From positions 64,678-128,677 of IMG/VR virus record IMGVR_UViG_3300008963_000001: 64,000 nucleotides of DNA. One strand, written 5' to 3'. The notes under the pieces are model-generated. The model saw nothing but the letters and a program-made list of their open reading frames with translations, did not search any database and was not told the DNA's origin. A program made the translations under genes and the position numbers. The stretch is from a virus. Below are positions 17,980 through 29,700 of this stretch, piece after piece (the first letter of the stretch is position 1; each line of letters begins with the position of its first letter).

Positions 17980-18312
17980 ATGCCAACAATTTTTAGACAA
18001 TCAGTAACAACAGGAATAGGAACAACTCCGGTAGATGCTGTACAGATACAGCCTGGAGTTCGTGCAACAGTAGTAGGTATTAACCTTGCTAACACAACCG
18101 AAAATGATTTGGTTGTTGTCAACGTTTTTGTTATAGACGAAAATTCAACACAAGGTAATTATGTGAAAGACATTCCTATTCCGCCTGCAACTAGTCTAAA
18201 AGCAATAACTCAAGGCGAAAAACTAATTTTACCAGAAACAGCAGGTTTGCGGATTGTGTCTGACGTTGAAGATAGCATAGACGCAACTGTGAGCTACGTT
18301 GAAATTTCGTAA
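17980..18312 (+). CDS. Small beta-sandwich structural protein (family with 13617 and 32440)
   Basis: GINLANTT...VNV...IPIPPATSL...EKLILP. Confidence 0.55.
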   Translation: MPTIFRQSVTTGIGTTPVDAVQIQPGVRATVVGINLANTTENDLVVVNVFVIDENSTQGNYVKDIPIPPATSLKAITQGEKLILPETAGLRIVSDVEDSIDATVSYVEIS

Positions 18313-18321
18313 GGATATATC

Positions 18322-18741
18322 ATGGCTAATACATATTATTTAGGAAGAGATCCAGAACAGGTTCTAGGCGAAAGCACAAGATTCTTCTATGCTCTTCGTC
18401 GCAATGAAGACGGTGAACTATTCTTTCAACGGATAGACCTGTTAAAAGATCAAGATGTGGTAGATGTCAACAGAATAGGTGCTCCTGAAGATACTTTTGA
18501 AGACTTTGAGGAAGGAATCGACTTTTTTGAAGGCATCGACGATGACCATGTAAATCAATATCCCAATTTGATATATCCACAATACAGATGGGATGATAGA
18601 TCAGTTTTTTACTATATAGATGACGAAGGAAGATTTGTGCAACAGATCAACAGAGGATACGATTATCCGGAAGGGGTATCATCAGATGAGTCTGAGAATC
18701 CTGTATCCCAATCAACAAACGTAGGAGGCGCTTATGGCTGA
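18322..18741 (+). CDS. Hypothetical acidic structural-module protein
   Basis: 139-aa ORF with SD, overlapping the next gene. Confidence 0.65.
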   Translation: MANTYYLGRDPEQVLGESTRFFYALRRNEDGELFFQRIDLLKDQDVVDVNRIGAPEDTFEDFEEGIDFFEGIDDDHVNQYPNLIYPQYRWDDRSVFYYIDDEGRFVQQINRGYDYPEGVSSDESENPVSQSTNVGGAYG

Positions 18742-21700
18742 GTTTAAATTTAGCAGGCTTAGATATAAGTGGAAGGGAAACTGGAATACATCGATTGATT
18801 ACAATCGCGATGATGTAATACATTATAGAGGAAAAAGTTGGATTTGTATTCGACAACATACATCTACCGATTTTGCTGCAGATGTGAATTTTAAATTTCC
18901 AGGGGACACAAACACTTCGCCGGCTTGGTTGCTTATGGCAGAAGGATACGAGTGGAGGGGAGACTGGACAGCCACTACACTTTATCAGCCAGGAAATTTA
19001 GTCTTATTCGGAGGCACAATTTTTCTTTGTGTTATTTCGCACACCGGGACAGTTTTCGAAGATGATGAAACTAATTGGACTGTCTATTCTCAATCTGACA
19101 GATACAGAGGAAATTGGAATGACAACACTACCTATGGACTTAGCGACGTTGTAAGAAATAATGGCATTGTTTATAGATGCATATCTACACATACTTCCCA
19201 AGCTACATTAGAAGACGATTTGAATAAGTGGGAGGTAGTATACGATGGTATTGTATACAGGGGAGTATTTGAAGAAAATACCTATTATGTAACCAACGAC
19301 TTGGTAAAATTTGGACCTACGATTTTTAGATGCATTACTCCACATTCTTCTAATGCTAGTTTTGCAGATGAAAACTTTCAAATTGAGTTTTTTGGATCTA
19401 CGCATGCAGATGATTGGCAATTAGATGTCGCATACGGTATAGGTGATATTGTTTTACATGGCGGTTATCTCTACATAGCCGTTCAAAATTCAGCAGGAGA
19501 AATTCCCGATAGCAACGAAGGAATCACTAATCCGTCCTGGGCAGTCCTATCAGAATCTCAACGATATCAAGGTATATGGAATGTCGATACTGAATATAAA
19601 GCAGGCGATATAGTAACACGCGGAGGAATTGTATATAAAGCGAAAGTTAACTCTTTTGATGACGGTTCTACACAGGATTATCTCGCAGACGATTACTGGG
19701 AAGTTGTAATTCCTGGTAATAATTGGCGTAATTTTTGGCATACTGAATCGCAATATTTTGTAGGTGATATCGTATCCTATGAAGGAAATGCTTATAGATG
19801 TAATTTTACTCATTTTTCTAGTAATGAAAATTATCCCGGCGACAACGGAAATGGATTTGATTTCTGGAATTTAATTTTACAAGGTAGTGATAACACAGCA
19901 CTTTCTAAAGAAGGCGATCTTTTGTCATTTGGTCTGTCAAGAAGCAGAACAGGAGACACCAGCACACTTGGCGCATCTCCTATTCCTATAGGAAATCCTG
20001 GCGAAATACTTACTGTAAGCACAAATGATGATTTTGAATATAAAAAAATAGGGCAGTCGGAAAGATTCTTTTATGTTACGCTTGATGGAATTGATGATGA
20101 TCTTGACGCGGAAAGAGGAATAAGTCCATTTAAACCTTGGAGAACAGTTGAGTTTGCATGCGAACAAGCAAACGATAATTATCCAGGTCTTACCACAATT
20201 AATATTGGTCCAGGATTATACGAAGAAGTTTTACCGATAGTTGTGCCTAAGCGAACCGCTATTAAAGGAACAGAATTAAGAACAACAACAATAACGGTCA
20301 ACTCTCCCATAGAAGATTTAGATATAACACAATTTGTTAGAAAACATCATTTATGCATTGATAGAATTTCAGATTTAATGGAATCTCTCCTAGTAGACAG
20401 AGATGTAGAAAAAACAGAAACAAACCCAATAGATCCTGTTTATTCAGTGCAAAGAAATTTAACTTTCGACGGAACAGGAAATCCGGTAACTGATCAAGAA
20501 GGAAACTTAATCTTTGAAACAATAGATCTTGCAAGTGACAGCGCAACTACAGATGATATAGTTGAATTACTAGCAGACATTAAGACTTATGTTAATTTTA
20601 ACGGTCTAGGAACAGGATCTAATGTAGTTGTAGACGGATCTAACAGTTCGGTAAACACAGAAGTAGTCAATAATGCTATTATTAATATAAATGACAATGT
20701 AAACTTTTTGATTCAAGAGGCGATTGCATTTGTTGAGCTAACTAACATTTTTTCATCGCAGGAAATTTCATTACTTGAACAAACTATAAAAAGGTACCTT
20801 AACGCATTTACAAAAGATTTAAGATCTCCTGGCAATTACCATACAGTCAAAGCGGCAAAATATCAAACGAATCTACTGATAGGATCGGCTGGAACTGACA
20901 TGTTCTATGTAAGAGATTCTAGCGGAATCCGTAATCTTTCATTAGAAGGACTACGCGGTGACTTAAATCCAAGCGGTGTTTTTGAACTATTTCAAAGACC
21001 GACAGGCGGATCATATGTATCTCTAGATCCAGGTTGGGGTCCAAACCACGAAGATTGCTGGATTATGAATAGATCCTGCTATGTCCAAAATGTAACAACA
21101 TTTGGTTATGGTGCAGTCGGTCAAAAAATAGACGGAGCTTTACATAATGGCGGCAACAAATCAATTGTATCGAATGATTTTACACAGGTAATTTCCGACG
21201 GTATTGGCGCATGGGTATTAAATAACGGAAGGGCCGAGCTAGTATCTGTGTTTACATATTATGCACAGGTCGGATATTTAGCGGAAGACGGCGGTGTTAT
21301 TCGTGCAACAAACGGAAACTGCTCGTATGGTAACTTTGGAGCATACGCAACAGGATTTGACGCAACAGAAGTATATTCAACAGGTTTTGTTAATAATCGC
21401 GCACAAGATGCAATTATCGACAAAGCGTTTGCCGGAGAAGTAAACGACGAAATACTTGCGTTAGAATATATTAACGCCGGAATTGGATATTCTCAAGCTC
21501 AAGCTAGTTTTCTCGGAGCTGGAGTAAACGTAGATGTTGAATACGATGATTTTAGAGATAACGCAATATTCAGATATGAAATTACCAATCCGTTAGACAG
21601 CGGAGTTCCCGGCGGCGGCGGATACACACAAAATCAAAATAACGCACAAACAGGCGATGAATTTACAATTACAATCGCATCAAGTGATGAAAGTTTAGAA

Positions 21701-24340
21701 TCTGAATTACTAGGTTTACGTATTTTGATTACATCAGGAACAGGTACAGGACAATATGGTTATGTACAGGCCTATAACGATATCACCAAAGTTGTCACAG
21801 TTTATCGTGAAAGCGATAATCAACCAGGTTGGGATCACATAGTAAGTGGGACTCCGCCAGTGCTGTTAATGGATACTTCTACTCTTTATAAATTTGAAGC
21901 AAGGCCAGTAATAGCAGACCCTGGATTTACATCCGAATCGGTGGACTTAACAGTAAACACAAATTGGGGAGCAGTTGCATTTGGGCCTACTACAGAACAA
22001 TTTACAAATGTAATTGCATCATTAGGTTCTGGCACAGTAGTTACAGATGACGGCCTCGAAAAGACAGGTGCGTCTTTCGATGTAGATAAAATTGGAACTG
22101 ATTATTCTGTTAGTTTAAGAAACGGTGGCGCTGGATATGCTGTCAATGATACTATTATTATTAGCGGATCCGATCTAGGCGGCATATCGCCCGACAATGA
22201 CATCGAAATTATTGTATCCTCTGTAAGTGATGATAGCACAAATGCAATAGTAACTTTCTCGGCATCTGGTAATGGAACAACAGGACGTTTTGTTATTACG
22301 TCAAGCGTAGGAAATACAGTTGCATATTCAAGTAACGGCGATGATTGGGAAATTTCGCTATTGCCATTTAACGGGAACTGGAGTATACTACAAAGCGGCG
22401 AAAATAAATTTTTAGCTCTTAGACCCGATGAAGACCCAAATAATGTAGGAGCAGTAAGTTCAGATGGAATAAATTGGACGTCATTTTCATTACCTACAAT
22501 AGAACTTTGGCGCGATATAGTTTATGGAAATGGTATTTGGTTAGCGGTTGCATCATCAAATAATAGAGGAGCATTTAGTGTGGACGGCGGAGAAACTTGG
22601 TCATCTACAACATTACCTGAAGCTCCAGATAGTTCGTTGAATCAATGGGTTAGCGTAACTTATGGCAGAGGAAAATTTGTAGCTATATCTAATAGTAATA
22701 ATGTTGCCGCTGTAGGCACATACAATACCCAAACTGGAACATTCTCATGGGAACTAGAAATATTAGATGTTATATCAGACTCTTCGCAAAAAGACTGGAT
22801 AAGTGTAGAATGGGGTAATAACAGATTTGTTGCACTGTCTAGCCAAGGAGATATTGCATACAGCTTTACAGGAGACCTTTGGCTTTCTGCTACAATGCCA
22901 ACTCCCGATGGGTCTACGCAGATGACATGGACGAATTTGTATTATGATCAAGGAATCTTCTTTGCAATCTGTAATACTGGAGGAAGAACTGTTGGGGGCG
23001 ATGAAACAACAGGGCCCACGAATTATTGTGCTACTTCCAAAGACGGTATAGTATGGACAAACAGGTTCATGGAAAGCGAAGCTAACTGGGTAGATTTAGC
23101 ATACGGCGGTGTAGATATAACCGTAGGTGATTCTTCTATACAAAATAGAACTCCTACTTGGATAGTAATTACCGATGATCAAACCGCTTCTGCTGAAAAA
23201 GTGTTTACTGGCGCAAAAGCAGAGGCACGAGTAGAGGTATTAAGTGGAAGGCTGATAAAAGTTAACATATGGGACCCCGGAAGCGGATATAGATCCATGC
23301 CAGATATTGATTTTGTTGATCCTAACAACACCAGTGATGTTTTTGTAACACCAAGAATCGGCGACGGTGTCTTAGCACAGCCTTCATGGCTCGAAAGAGG
23401 GCAAGGATTCAGGACGTCGTCGACTACGGTTACAATTACTGGTGACGGCGTAGCTGATGTTATTCCGATTAACAATCAATTATTTGTTGACGGTTTGACT
23501 ACGTCACTTGGTCCGGGATCGCAATTATTAATAGAGGGTTTGACTGAACCTAGAACTGTGGTTTTGATTACTGAACTACCGCCAAACGCAGACGGAACAT
23601 TGAGAGCAAGAGTGCAAGTTGATCCAGGATTTACCACAGAAATAAATCCAGAACATCTAGCACCTATTCGTGTGAGAGAAAGATATTCTGCCTGCAGAAT
23701 TACAGGACACGATTTTCTTGATATAGGAACAGGCAATTTTGTTGAAACAAATTATCCTGATATATATGCCTCCGGCGAATTCTTTGTGTTTGCGCCGGAA
23801 AACGAAGTTACAGAAACAGACGGCGGCAGGGTTTTTTATACTAGTACAGACCAAGACGGCAACTTTAGAGCTGGCGAGCTCTTCGCGGTTGAGCAGGCTA
23901 CAGGTGTTGTAACAATCAGTGCTGAATTTTTTGATTTAGATGGTTTAAGTGAATTGCAATTAGGCGGCATTAGAGTTGGTGGTTCAGGTGTTGTAATTAG
24001 AGAATTTTCAACCGACCCACTCTTTACTGAAGATTCTAACAACGTTATCCCAACACAACGAGCAATTGCGGCATATTTGCAGAATCAATTAAGTGTCGGC
24101 GGTTCGGAACTTACCTTGAGTAATTTTATTGCAGGAACAACGAGTGTCGGACCCGATAATATTAGATCTAGTGTAGGCAATTATGTTAGATTTCCTGAGC
24201 CTTTGAATTTCCAGGCTGATATTAATGAACTAGATGAAGAAGGAAATATAATCGAGGATCAAGGGCAGGTAAAAGGAACAATTCTAGCACATACATTATT
24301 CAAGGCCTCGTTTAACGACGATCCGGACAGACAAACATAA
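18734..24340 (+). CDS. Giant adhesin/tailspike-like virion protein (1868 aa)
   Basis: Seven N-terminal W-x-G-x-W...Y...GD-x-V...Y-x-C...HTS repeats (CBM5/12-like), beta-helix-like centre (DPGWGP, SNDFTQVISDGIG), Asp-box-like SxDGxxW repeats. Confidence 0.7.
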   Translation: MAEFKFSRLRYKWKGNWNTSIDYNRDDVIHYRGKSWICIRQHTSTDFAADVNFKFPGDTNTSPAWLLMAEGYEWRGDWTATTLYQPGNLVLFGGTIFLCVISHTGTVFEDDETNWTVYSQSDRYRGNWNDNTTYGLSDVVRNNGIVYRCISTHTSQATLEDDLNKWEVVYDGIVYRGVFEENTYYVTNDLVKFGPTIFRCITPHSSNASFADENFQIEFFGSTHADDWQLDVAYGIGDIVLHGGYLYIAVQNSAGEIPDSNEGITNPSWAVLSESQRYQGIWNVDTEYKAGDIVTRGGIVYKAKVNSFDDGSTQDYLADDYWEVVIPGNNWRNFWHTESQYFVGDIVSYEGNAYRCNFTHFSSNENYPGDNGNGFDFWNLILQGSDNTALSKEGDLLSFGLSRSRTGDTSTLGASPIPIGNPGEILTVSTNDDFEYKKIGQSERFFYVTLDGIDDDLDAERGISPFKPWRTVEFACEQANDNYPGLTTINIGPGLYEEVLPIVVPKRTAIKGTELRTTTITVNSPIEDLDITQFVRKHHLCIDRISDLMESLLVDRDVEKTETNPIDPVYSVQRNLTFDGTGNPVTDQEGNLIFETIDLASDSATTDDIVELLADIKTYVNFNGLGTGSNVVVDGSNSSVNTEVVNNAIININDNVNFLIQEAIAFVELTNIFSSQEISLLEQTIKRYLNAFTKDLRSPGNYHTVKAAKYQTNLLIGSAGTDMFYVRDSSGIRNLSLEGLRGDLNPSGVFELFQRPTGGSYVSLDPGWGPNHEDCWIMNRSCYVQNVTTFGYGAVGQKIDGALHNGGNKSIVSNDFTQVISDGIGAWVLNNGRAELVSVFTYYAQVGYLAEDGGVIRATNGNCSYGNFGAYATGFDATEVYSTGFVNNRAQDAIIDKAFAGEVNDEILALEYINAGIGYSQAQASFLGAGVNVDVEYDDFRDNAIFRYEITNPLDSGVPGGGGYTQNQNNAQTGDEFTITIASSDESLESELLGLRILITSGTGTGQYGYVQAYNDITKVVTVYRESDNQPGWDHIVSGTPPVLLMDTSTLYKFEARPVIADPGFTSESVDLTVNTNWGAVAFGPTTEQFTNVIASLGSGTVVTDDGLEKTGASFDVDKIGTDYSVSLRNGGAGYAVNDTIIISGSDLGGISPDNDIEIIVSSVSDDSTNAIVTFSASGNGTTGRFVITSSVGNTVAYSSNGDDWEISLLPFNGNWSILQSGENKFLALRPDEDPNNVGAVSSDGINWTSFSLPTIELWRDIVYGNGIWLAVASSNNRGAFSVDGGETWSSTTLPEAPDSSLNQWVSVTYGRGKFVAISNSNNVAAVGTYNTQTGTFSWELEILDVISDSSQKDWISVEWGNNRFVALSSQGDIAYSFTGDLWLSATMPTPDGSTQMTWTNLYYDQGIFFAICNTGGRTVGGDETTGPTNYCATSKDGIVWTNRFMESEANWVDLAYGGVDITVGDSSIQNRTPTWIVITDDQTASAEKVFTGAKAEARVEVLSGRLIKVNIWDPGSGYRSMPDIDFVDPNNTSDVFVTPRIGDGVLAQPSWLERGQGFRTSSTTVTITGDGVADVIPINNQLFVDGLTTSLGPGSQLLIEGLTEPRTVVLITELPPNADGTLRARVQVDPGFTTEINPEHLAPIRVRERYSACRITGHDFLDIGTGNFVETNYPDIYASGEFFVFAPENEVTETDGGRVFYTSTDQDGNFRAGELFAVEQATGVVTISAEFFDLDGLSELQLGGIRVGGSGVVIREFSTDPLFTEDSNNVIPTQRAIAAYLQNQLSVGGSELTLSNFIAGTTSVGPDNIRSSVGNYVRFPEPLNFQADINELDEEGNIIEDQGQVKGTILAHTLFKASFNDDPDRQT

Positions 24341-24372
24341 ACAGATAAATAACATAACGGAGTTAGTATACA

Positions 24373-26700
24373 ATGGCAGAATTTAGACTTGGTAGAATTA
24401 GGTTTGTTTGGAAAGATGCATGGCAACCAAACAAAGAATATTTTGTTGATGATGTAATTAGATATGGCGGCAAAGTTTACATATGCCAACAAGGACACAC
24501 CAGCGACCAAGATTTTTACACAGATTTAGATATTGTTCCATCGAAATGGAATTTATTAGCCGATGGTTCTGCCTGGAAAGGTTTATGGGATGTTGATACA
24601 TTTTATAAATTAGGCGATATTGTAAAATATGGAACTACCCTTTATATTTGTAATACTCCCCATACTTCTAACTCTGATTCAAGTCTTAGTTTAGAAGCTG
24701 ATCAAGAAAAATGGGACCTGTATGCATCTGGTTTAGACTATAAAGGTGAGTGGACAACAGATTTCTTTTATAAGAAAAACGATCTAATAAGATACGGCGG
24801 AGTAACATATGTATGTAACACGACACATACATCTGCATCGACAAATGTTTTAGGGCTAGAAGACGATCAAGAAAAGTGGGATATTTTTAACCAAGGGTTT
24901 GCATTTCTAGGAAATTGGGAAGACTTAGAGATAAATTCCAGAGTCAAACAGAATGATGTAGTAAAATTCGGTGGAGGTTTATTTCTAGCAACAGCATCAC
25001 ATAATAAATCTTCTGATTTTTTAAACGATTCTGCTAATTGGGTAATCTTTGTAAATGGTATAGAATTCGAAAATGATTGGAATATTGCAAGACAATATAA
25101 ACCGGGTGATATTGTAACATACGGTGGATATCAATATATTTCAAAAACAACCCACACAGGAGCCATTCCGTCTACTGATACAACAAATTGGGGTGTGTTT
25201 TCATATGGATTTAAATACGAAAACGAATTTGAATTTTCTACTCCCTACAGAATAGGTAATGTAGTAAAACAAAGAGAATACACTTATCTTGTAACACAAG
25301 ATGTAAATCCACAAAATGATGTAGTTAATACAACTTCAGCGTCAGATAACACTTTTCATGTTACTTCTACAACAAATTTAGAAGTAGGATTTGCAATCAA
25401 GTTTTTTGGAGCAACATTCGGAAGTGTATTTACAGCAGGTGATAGCGCATCAAGTGCAATTTACTACATCAAGTCTATTGAGGATAGCACCCGCATAACT
25501 ATAACCGATGAGCCAGGAGGCACAACTTTTACTCCTACAGACGGATCGGGTTCTATGGGTGTGTCGTTTAGTCCTATTCCACCTAACACAGATTACTTCG
25601 CCCCTCTCAGCAGTGGCATAAGTTGGCAGGGTGAATGGCAAGATGATTTTGAATATTTTGTCGGAGACGCTATCCGTTATAATAATAACGCATATCTGTG
25701 TGTCAAAAATCATAGATCCGAAGCTGATGACGGATCAACTATTAGGCAACAGGGCGGTGGTTTAACAGATAGCAGACCTGATAATGACACAGCAGGAATG
25801 TATTGGAACCTGCTGGTTTTAGGCAATGAAACTACAGTATTACAACAGACAGGCGATTTGGTTTACTTTAGCGGAGCCGGTCCTTCCAGACTGCCGATTG
25901 GGACAGAAGGGCAGGTCCTACGAGTAAGCTCCGACCTTACTCCAGAGTGGAGGACACTAGGACAAAGTATAAACGGGTATTATGTGGCAGAGCACGGAAC
26001 TGATGGCACTGCTCCTGTGCATGGACTGTCAATTGATAAACCGTTTAGAACAATTCGACATGCAGCTGAACAGGTCGAAAATGGCATAAAAGTCCCTAAT
26101 GCTAGAAAGCTTTTAGAAAGGAACAGAGAGTTTATAAAACGCGAAGTAACAGAATATGTAATTTATGAAATTGCGCAAAATATTGAACCATTTGATAATT
26201 TTGATGGTTTTGATGATGCAATTTTTGAAAGAGATATGGGTTTTCTATTAGATGCTGTTATTTTTGATCTAACTCACGGCGGTAACGCACAAACTAGAGA
26301 AGAAACTTTTGAGACTATACAAGACATAGGACGCTATAAAAGCAACGATCCTAAACGAAGCAAATCTACATTAACGGTTGTAGAGAGGGGAAGATTGTTT
26401 GAAAGTTCTATGAGACTGCAATATATTGAAGCAATTGCATATCTAAACACATTAATAGGAAATGTTTTAGATCAAGTTGCGCCTGAAGTAAATTATCAAG
26501 TTTTAAACGGGGATAATAGTTCTGCTATTATCGAACAATATTTTGACCCTACTATTACAGTTGAATCGGATTACACAACGAATCCATTCTCCGGAGGAGG
26601 GTATGAAGGATCATCATATACAACCAACACAACTAGCAATAATGATTCTTATTCATTCGGCGGCAGTAGCAATAACAATGGACAATACGGAGCATATTAA
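24373..26700 (+). CDS. N-terminal part of a second giant adhesin (7 CBM-like repeats)
   Basis: MAEFRLGRIRFVWKDAW is paralogous to 18734; TAAATA 24346-24351 and SD GGAG upstream. Confidence 0.75.
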   Translation: MAEFRLGRIRFVWKDAWQPNKEYFVDDVIRYGGKVYICQQGHTSDQDFYTDLDIVPSKWNLLADGSAWKGLWDVDTFYKLGDIVKYGTTLYICNTPHTSNSDSSLSLEADQEKWDLYASGLDYKGEWTTDFFYKKNDLIRYGGVTYVCNTTHTSASTNVLGLEDDQEKWDIFNQGFAFLGNWEDLEINSRVKQNDVVKFGGGLFLATASHNKSSDFLNDSANWVIFVNGIEFENDWNIARQYKPGDIVTYGGYQYISKTTHTGAIPSTDTTNWGVFSYGFKYENEFEFSTPYRIGNVVKQREYTYLVTQDVNPQNDVVNTTSASDNTFHVTSTTNLEVGFAIKFFGATFGSVFTAGDSASSAIYYIKSIEDSTRITITDEPGGTTFTPTDGSGSMGVSFSPIPPNTDYFAPLSSGISWQGEWQDDFEYFVGDAIRYNNNAYLCVKNHRSEADDGSTIRQQGGGLTDSRPDNDTAGMYWNLLVLGNETTVLQQTGDLVYFSGAGPSRLPIGTEGQVLRVSSDLTPEWRTLGQSINGYYVAEHGTDGTAPVHGLSIDKPFRTIRHAAEQVENGIKVPNARKLLERNREFIKREVTEYVIYEIAQNIEPFDNFDGFDDAIFERDMGFLLDAVIFDLTHGGNAQTREETFETIQDIGRYKSNDPKRSKSTLTVVERGRLFESSMRLQYIEAIAYLNTLIGNVLDQVAPEVNYQVLNGDNSSAIIEQYFDPTITVESDYTTNPFSGGGYEGSSYTTNTTSNNDSYSFGGSSNNNGQYGAY

Positions 26701-29700
26701 ATGGCAACAGTAAAACAACAAATTCAAAATTTGACAGATATATTTTCGGAGGCGATAGAAAACGATAATGTAGATACTGTTCCTGCAAGACAGGTAGAGG
26801 ATGTCAGTATATTTGTTAAAACAGGAACTTATAGAGAAACTTTGCCTATTATTGTTCCAGAAAGCACAGTTATTTTAGGTGATGAACTTAGATCGTCAAA
26901 TGCCGGGCCTAGCAGCGGTGTAACGGACAGGTCTGATGCATTTTACAGCCAAAATTCTATGAATCATTTATCCAGCATTGTTAGAAGCATTGTGGTAGGG
27001 GATACAGTCACTCCTTCGGTGGGTAATACTGAAGTGCAAAGTCAAAAATTTCCTTTTGCAGATACTCCACAACAATCAGATCTTAAATTGTTAATCCAAA
27101 CAATTCAAAATAATATAGATTTTAGAATTGGCACAACGAACATGGCAGAATATAATTTTCCTGTAGGGTATAATGATACCTTTTTGCCTACTTTTGGTAA
27201 TGCACGTAAATTGTTGTCATACAATAAAGAATTTTTGAAAGCAGAAGTTGTAGCTTATATAAAAAACAATTTTCCTAATATTTTATACAGCAAGACAAAA
27301 TGCGCACAAGATGTAGGTTATATTGTAGATGCTATTGTTTATGACATGACTTATGGCGGAAACACACAATCTATAATAGCAGGACTTGCGTATTATGACG
27401 GCAACTCCTCGAATTTAGCAATCGATTCAACAGAAAAATCAGCTACAATATCTGCATATAACTTTTTAAAATCTAGAATAGAAACTGTGATCACTGGGTT
27501 TTTCCTACCATCGCCTCAGCAGTCGGATGTAACCCAGTTTACAGATACTGCGGGTAATTCAACAAGTATAAATTATGCTAAAGATTTAGTTGATATAATC
27601 ATTTCTATCTTGCAAAATGGCGTATCTGCCGCTCCTAATGTAACTGTTGTGACTATTACAGGAGCCGACACTCTAAATACAAGTGTTGCACACGGTTTAG
27701 AAGTAGGTGATTCGTTTACACCGAGAGCAACTATAAACGGTCTTGTTAAAAACAAAAAACATTGGATTGTTGATGTTCCTACAGCCACTTCTTTCAAAGT
27801 AAGCGAGTCGTTTGGCGGATCGATATTATCTCTAACAAACGGATCGAATTTGAATTTAATCGGTGATGTTATAGACTATCCTGTTACTACAAATGGAATC
27901 ACGACAACTACAGCATTAATTACAGCTGCAGAAACTTTAGATGCAGCTCAAGAGCAAATAATTAGAAATGTTATAGATGATCTTAACAAAGTTGCATACA
28001 ATTTTGATTTTACTGTAGATGACGTAAACCTAACCAACGATGATTTTCAAATTTATGTAGGAAAAGATGATTACGCCCACACATATGTAAGCGGAGGTAC
28101 TGTTACCAAATCAAACGGAACAGTTTTAAATGTTTCCAACTTTGTTTATAATGAAGCTACAGGTTACGCTACAATTACTACGTCAGTAGATCATGAACTT
28201 GAAGCAGGCGACATAGTTGACATACAGGAAATTACTGTTGAAGTTACGTTGAACGGACAACCGATAACTTTTGAATTCCCTAGTCCTACGAGCATAGACG
28301 GTAGCCAAACAAAGGTGCTATACAGACGTTCCAAATGTGAAAGAGATACAAGATTAATTCTTGAGGCAGTGATGTTTGACTTTATGTTAAATTCAAACTT
28401 TCAGAGTCTTAAATCAGGTTATGCATATCTAAGAGCAACTTCATCCGAAGTATACGGATTAGATCAAAAGCAAATAACAAGAGATGCTCTCGATAATGCA
28501 AGAACAGAAGCCTTAGCTAATGTCGGAGGAGATAGTACAGCCCAGTCTAGAATAACCCCGCTTATGGAACTAATAGATGCAATTATCTTTAGTGGATCCA
28601 TAGAAGGCACAAATAATGCAACCGTATTGAGAAACAATGATTATGCAATTCATCAGTTGGAGATGAATAAAGATTTTATTGTGCAAGAATTAACTTCTTA
28701 TATTCAAAGCGAATATTCGGACACAGTTAATCTATTGCAAGACTCTACATCATACATTAGTATATCTGATACAAGTTGGTTAAACAGAGGAGCCAGTATA
28801 AGATTTACAGGCGATGTACGGAGCACCATTGAAAAAAACAAAATTTATTACGTGCAGAATATTATAGACGAATACAATTTTACAATTTCAGAAACACGTT
28901 ATTCAAACATTCCTTTTGTGTTTGATGTAAATGACGATGAAATTCTTGATGCAGAACTTGCAACTAATTTTAGGGTAGAATTAGTATACAACACAGCTTC
29001 TTGTGAAAGAGATGTGTCTGCATATCTAGCGGCACTTAAATACGATCTAAAATACCCTGGAAATTATAAATCACTTTACGCAGCCAGATATTATGGTAAT
29101 AGTGTTATTGGATCTTTAGAAGAAGACATGTATTATGTCAGAAACGGAACCGGTATTCGTAATCAAACATTGGAAGGCTTGAGTGGAGATGTCTTAGCTG
29201 TCAATGAATTCGGAACAAGTCGCGTTAGTGCAGGTGCATTCGTATCGCTAGATCCGGGCTGGGGGCCAGATGACGATAGAACTTGGGTTAAAACACGTTC
29301 TTGCTATGTGCAGGGCGTAACAACATTCGGTTATGCGGCAGTCGGACAAAAGATTGACGGTGCCCTGCATAATGGTGGTAATGACAGTATTGTATCTAAC
29401 GACTTTACGCAGGTAATATCTGATGGCATAGGCGCATGGGTAACCAACAACGGTAGAGCTGAGCTTGTATCTGTGTTTACATACTATGCTAGAATAGGCT
29501 ACCTGTCAGAAAATGGCGGACGGATTCGCGGAACAAACGGTAACTGTTCTTATGGAACATTTGGCGCAGTAGCAGAAGGATTTGATGCAACAGAAACTCC
29601 AATTGAGGCAGTGGTAGATAATAGGCAAGGCTTTGATGCTGTAATTGGTAGTGTTTCAACAGATGGAGATAAGATACTAGGCTTCGAGTTTGACCATGCA

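Noticed and set aside
10615-26700. Genome-wide stop-codon reassignment suggested by in-frame TAA at 10615 and 26698
   Set aside because: TAA is the normal terminator of most genes here, often in TAATG/TAAATG couplings; the second case has its own SD; no suppressor tRNA was seen.
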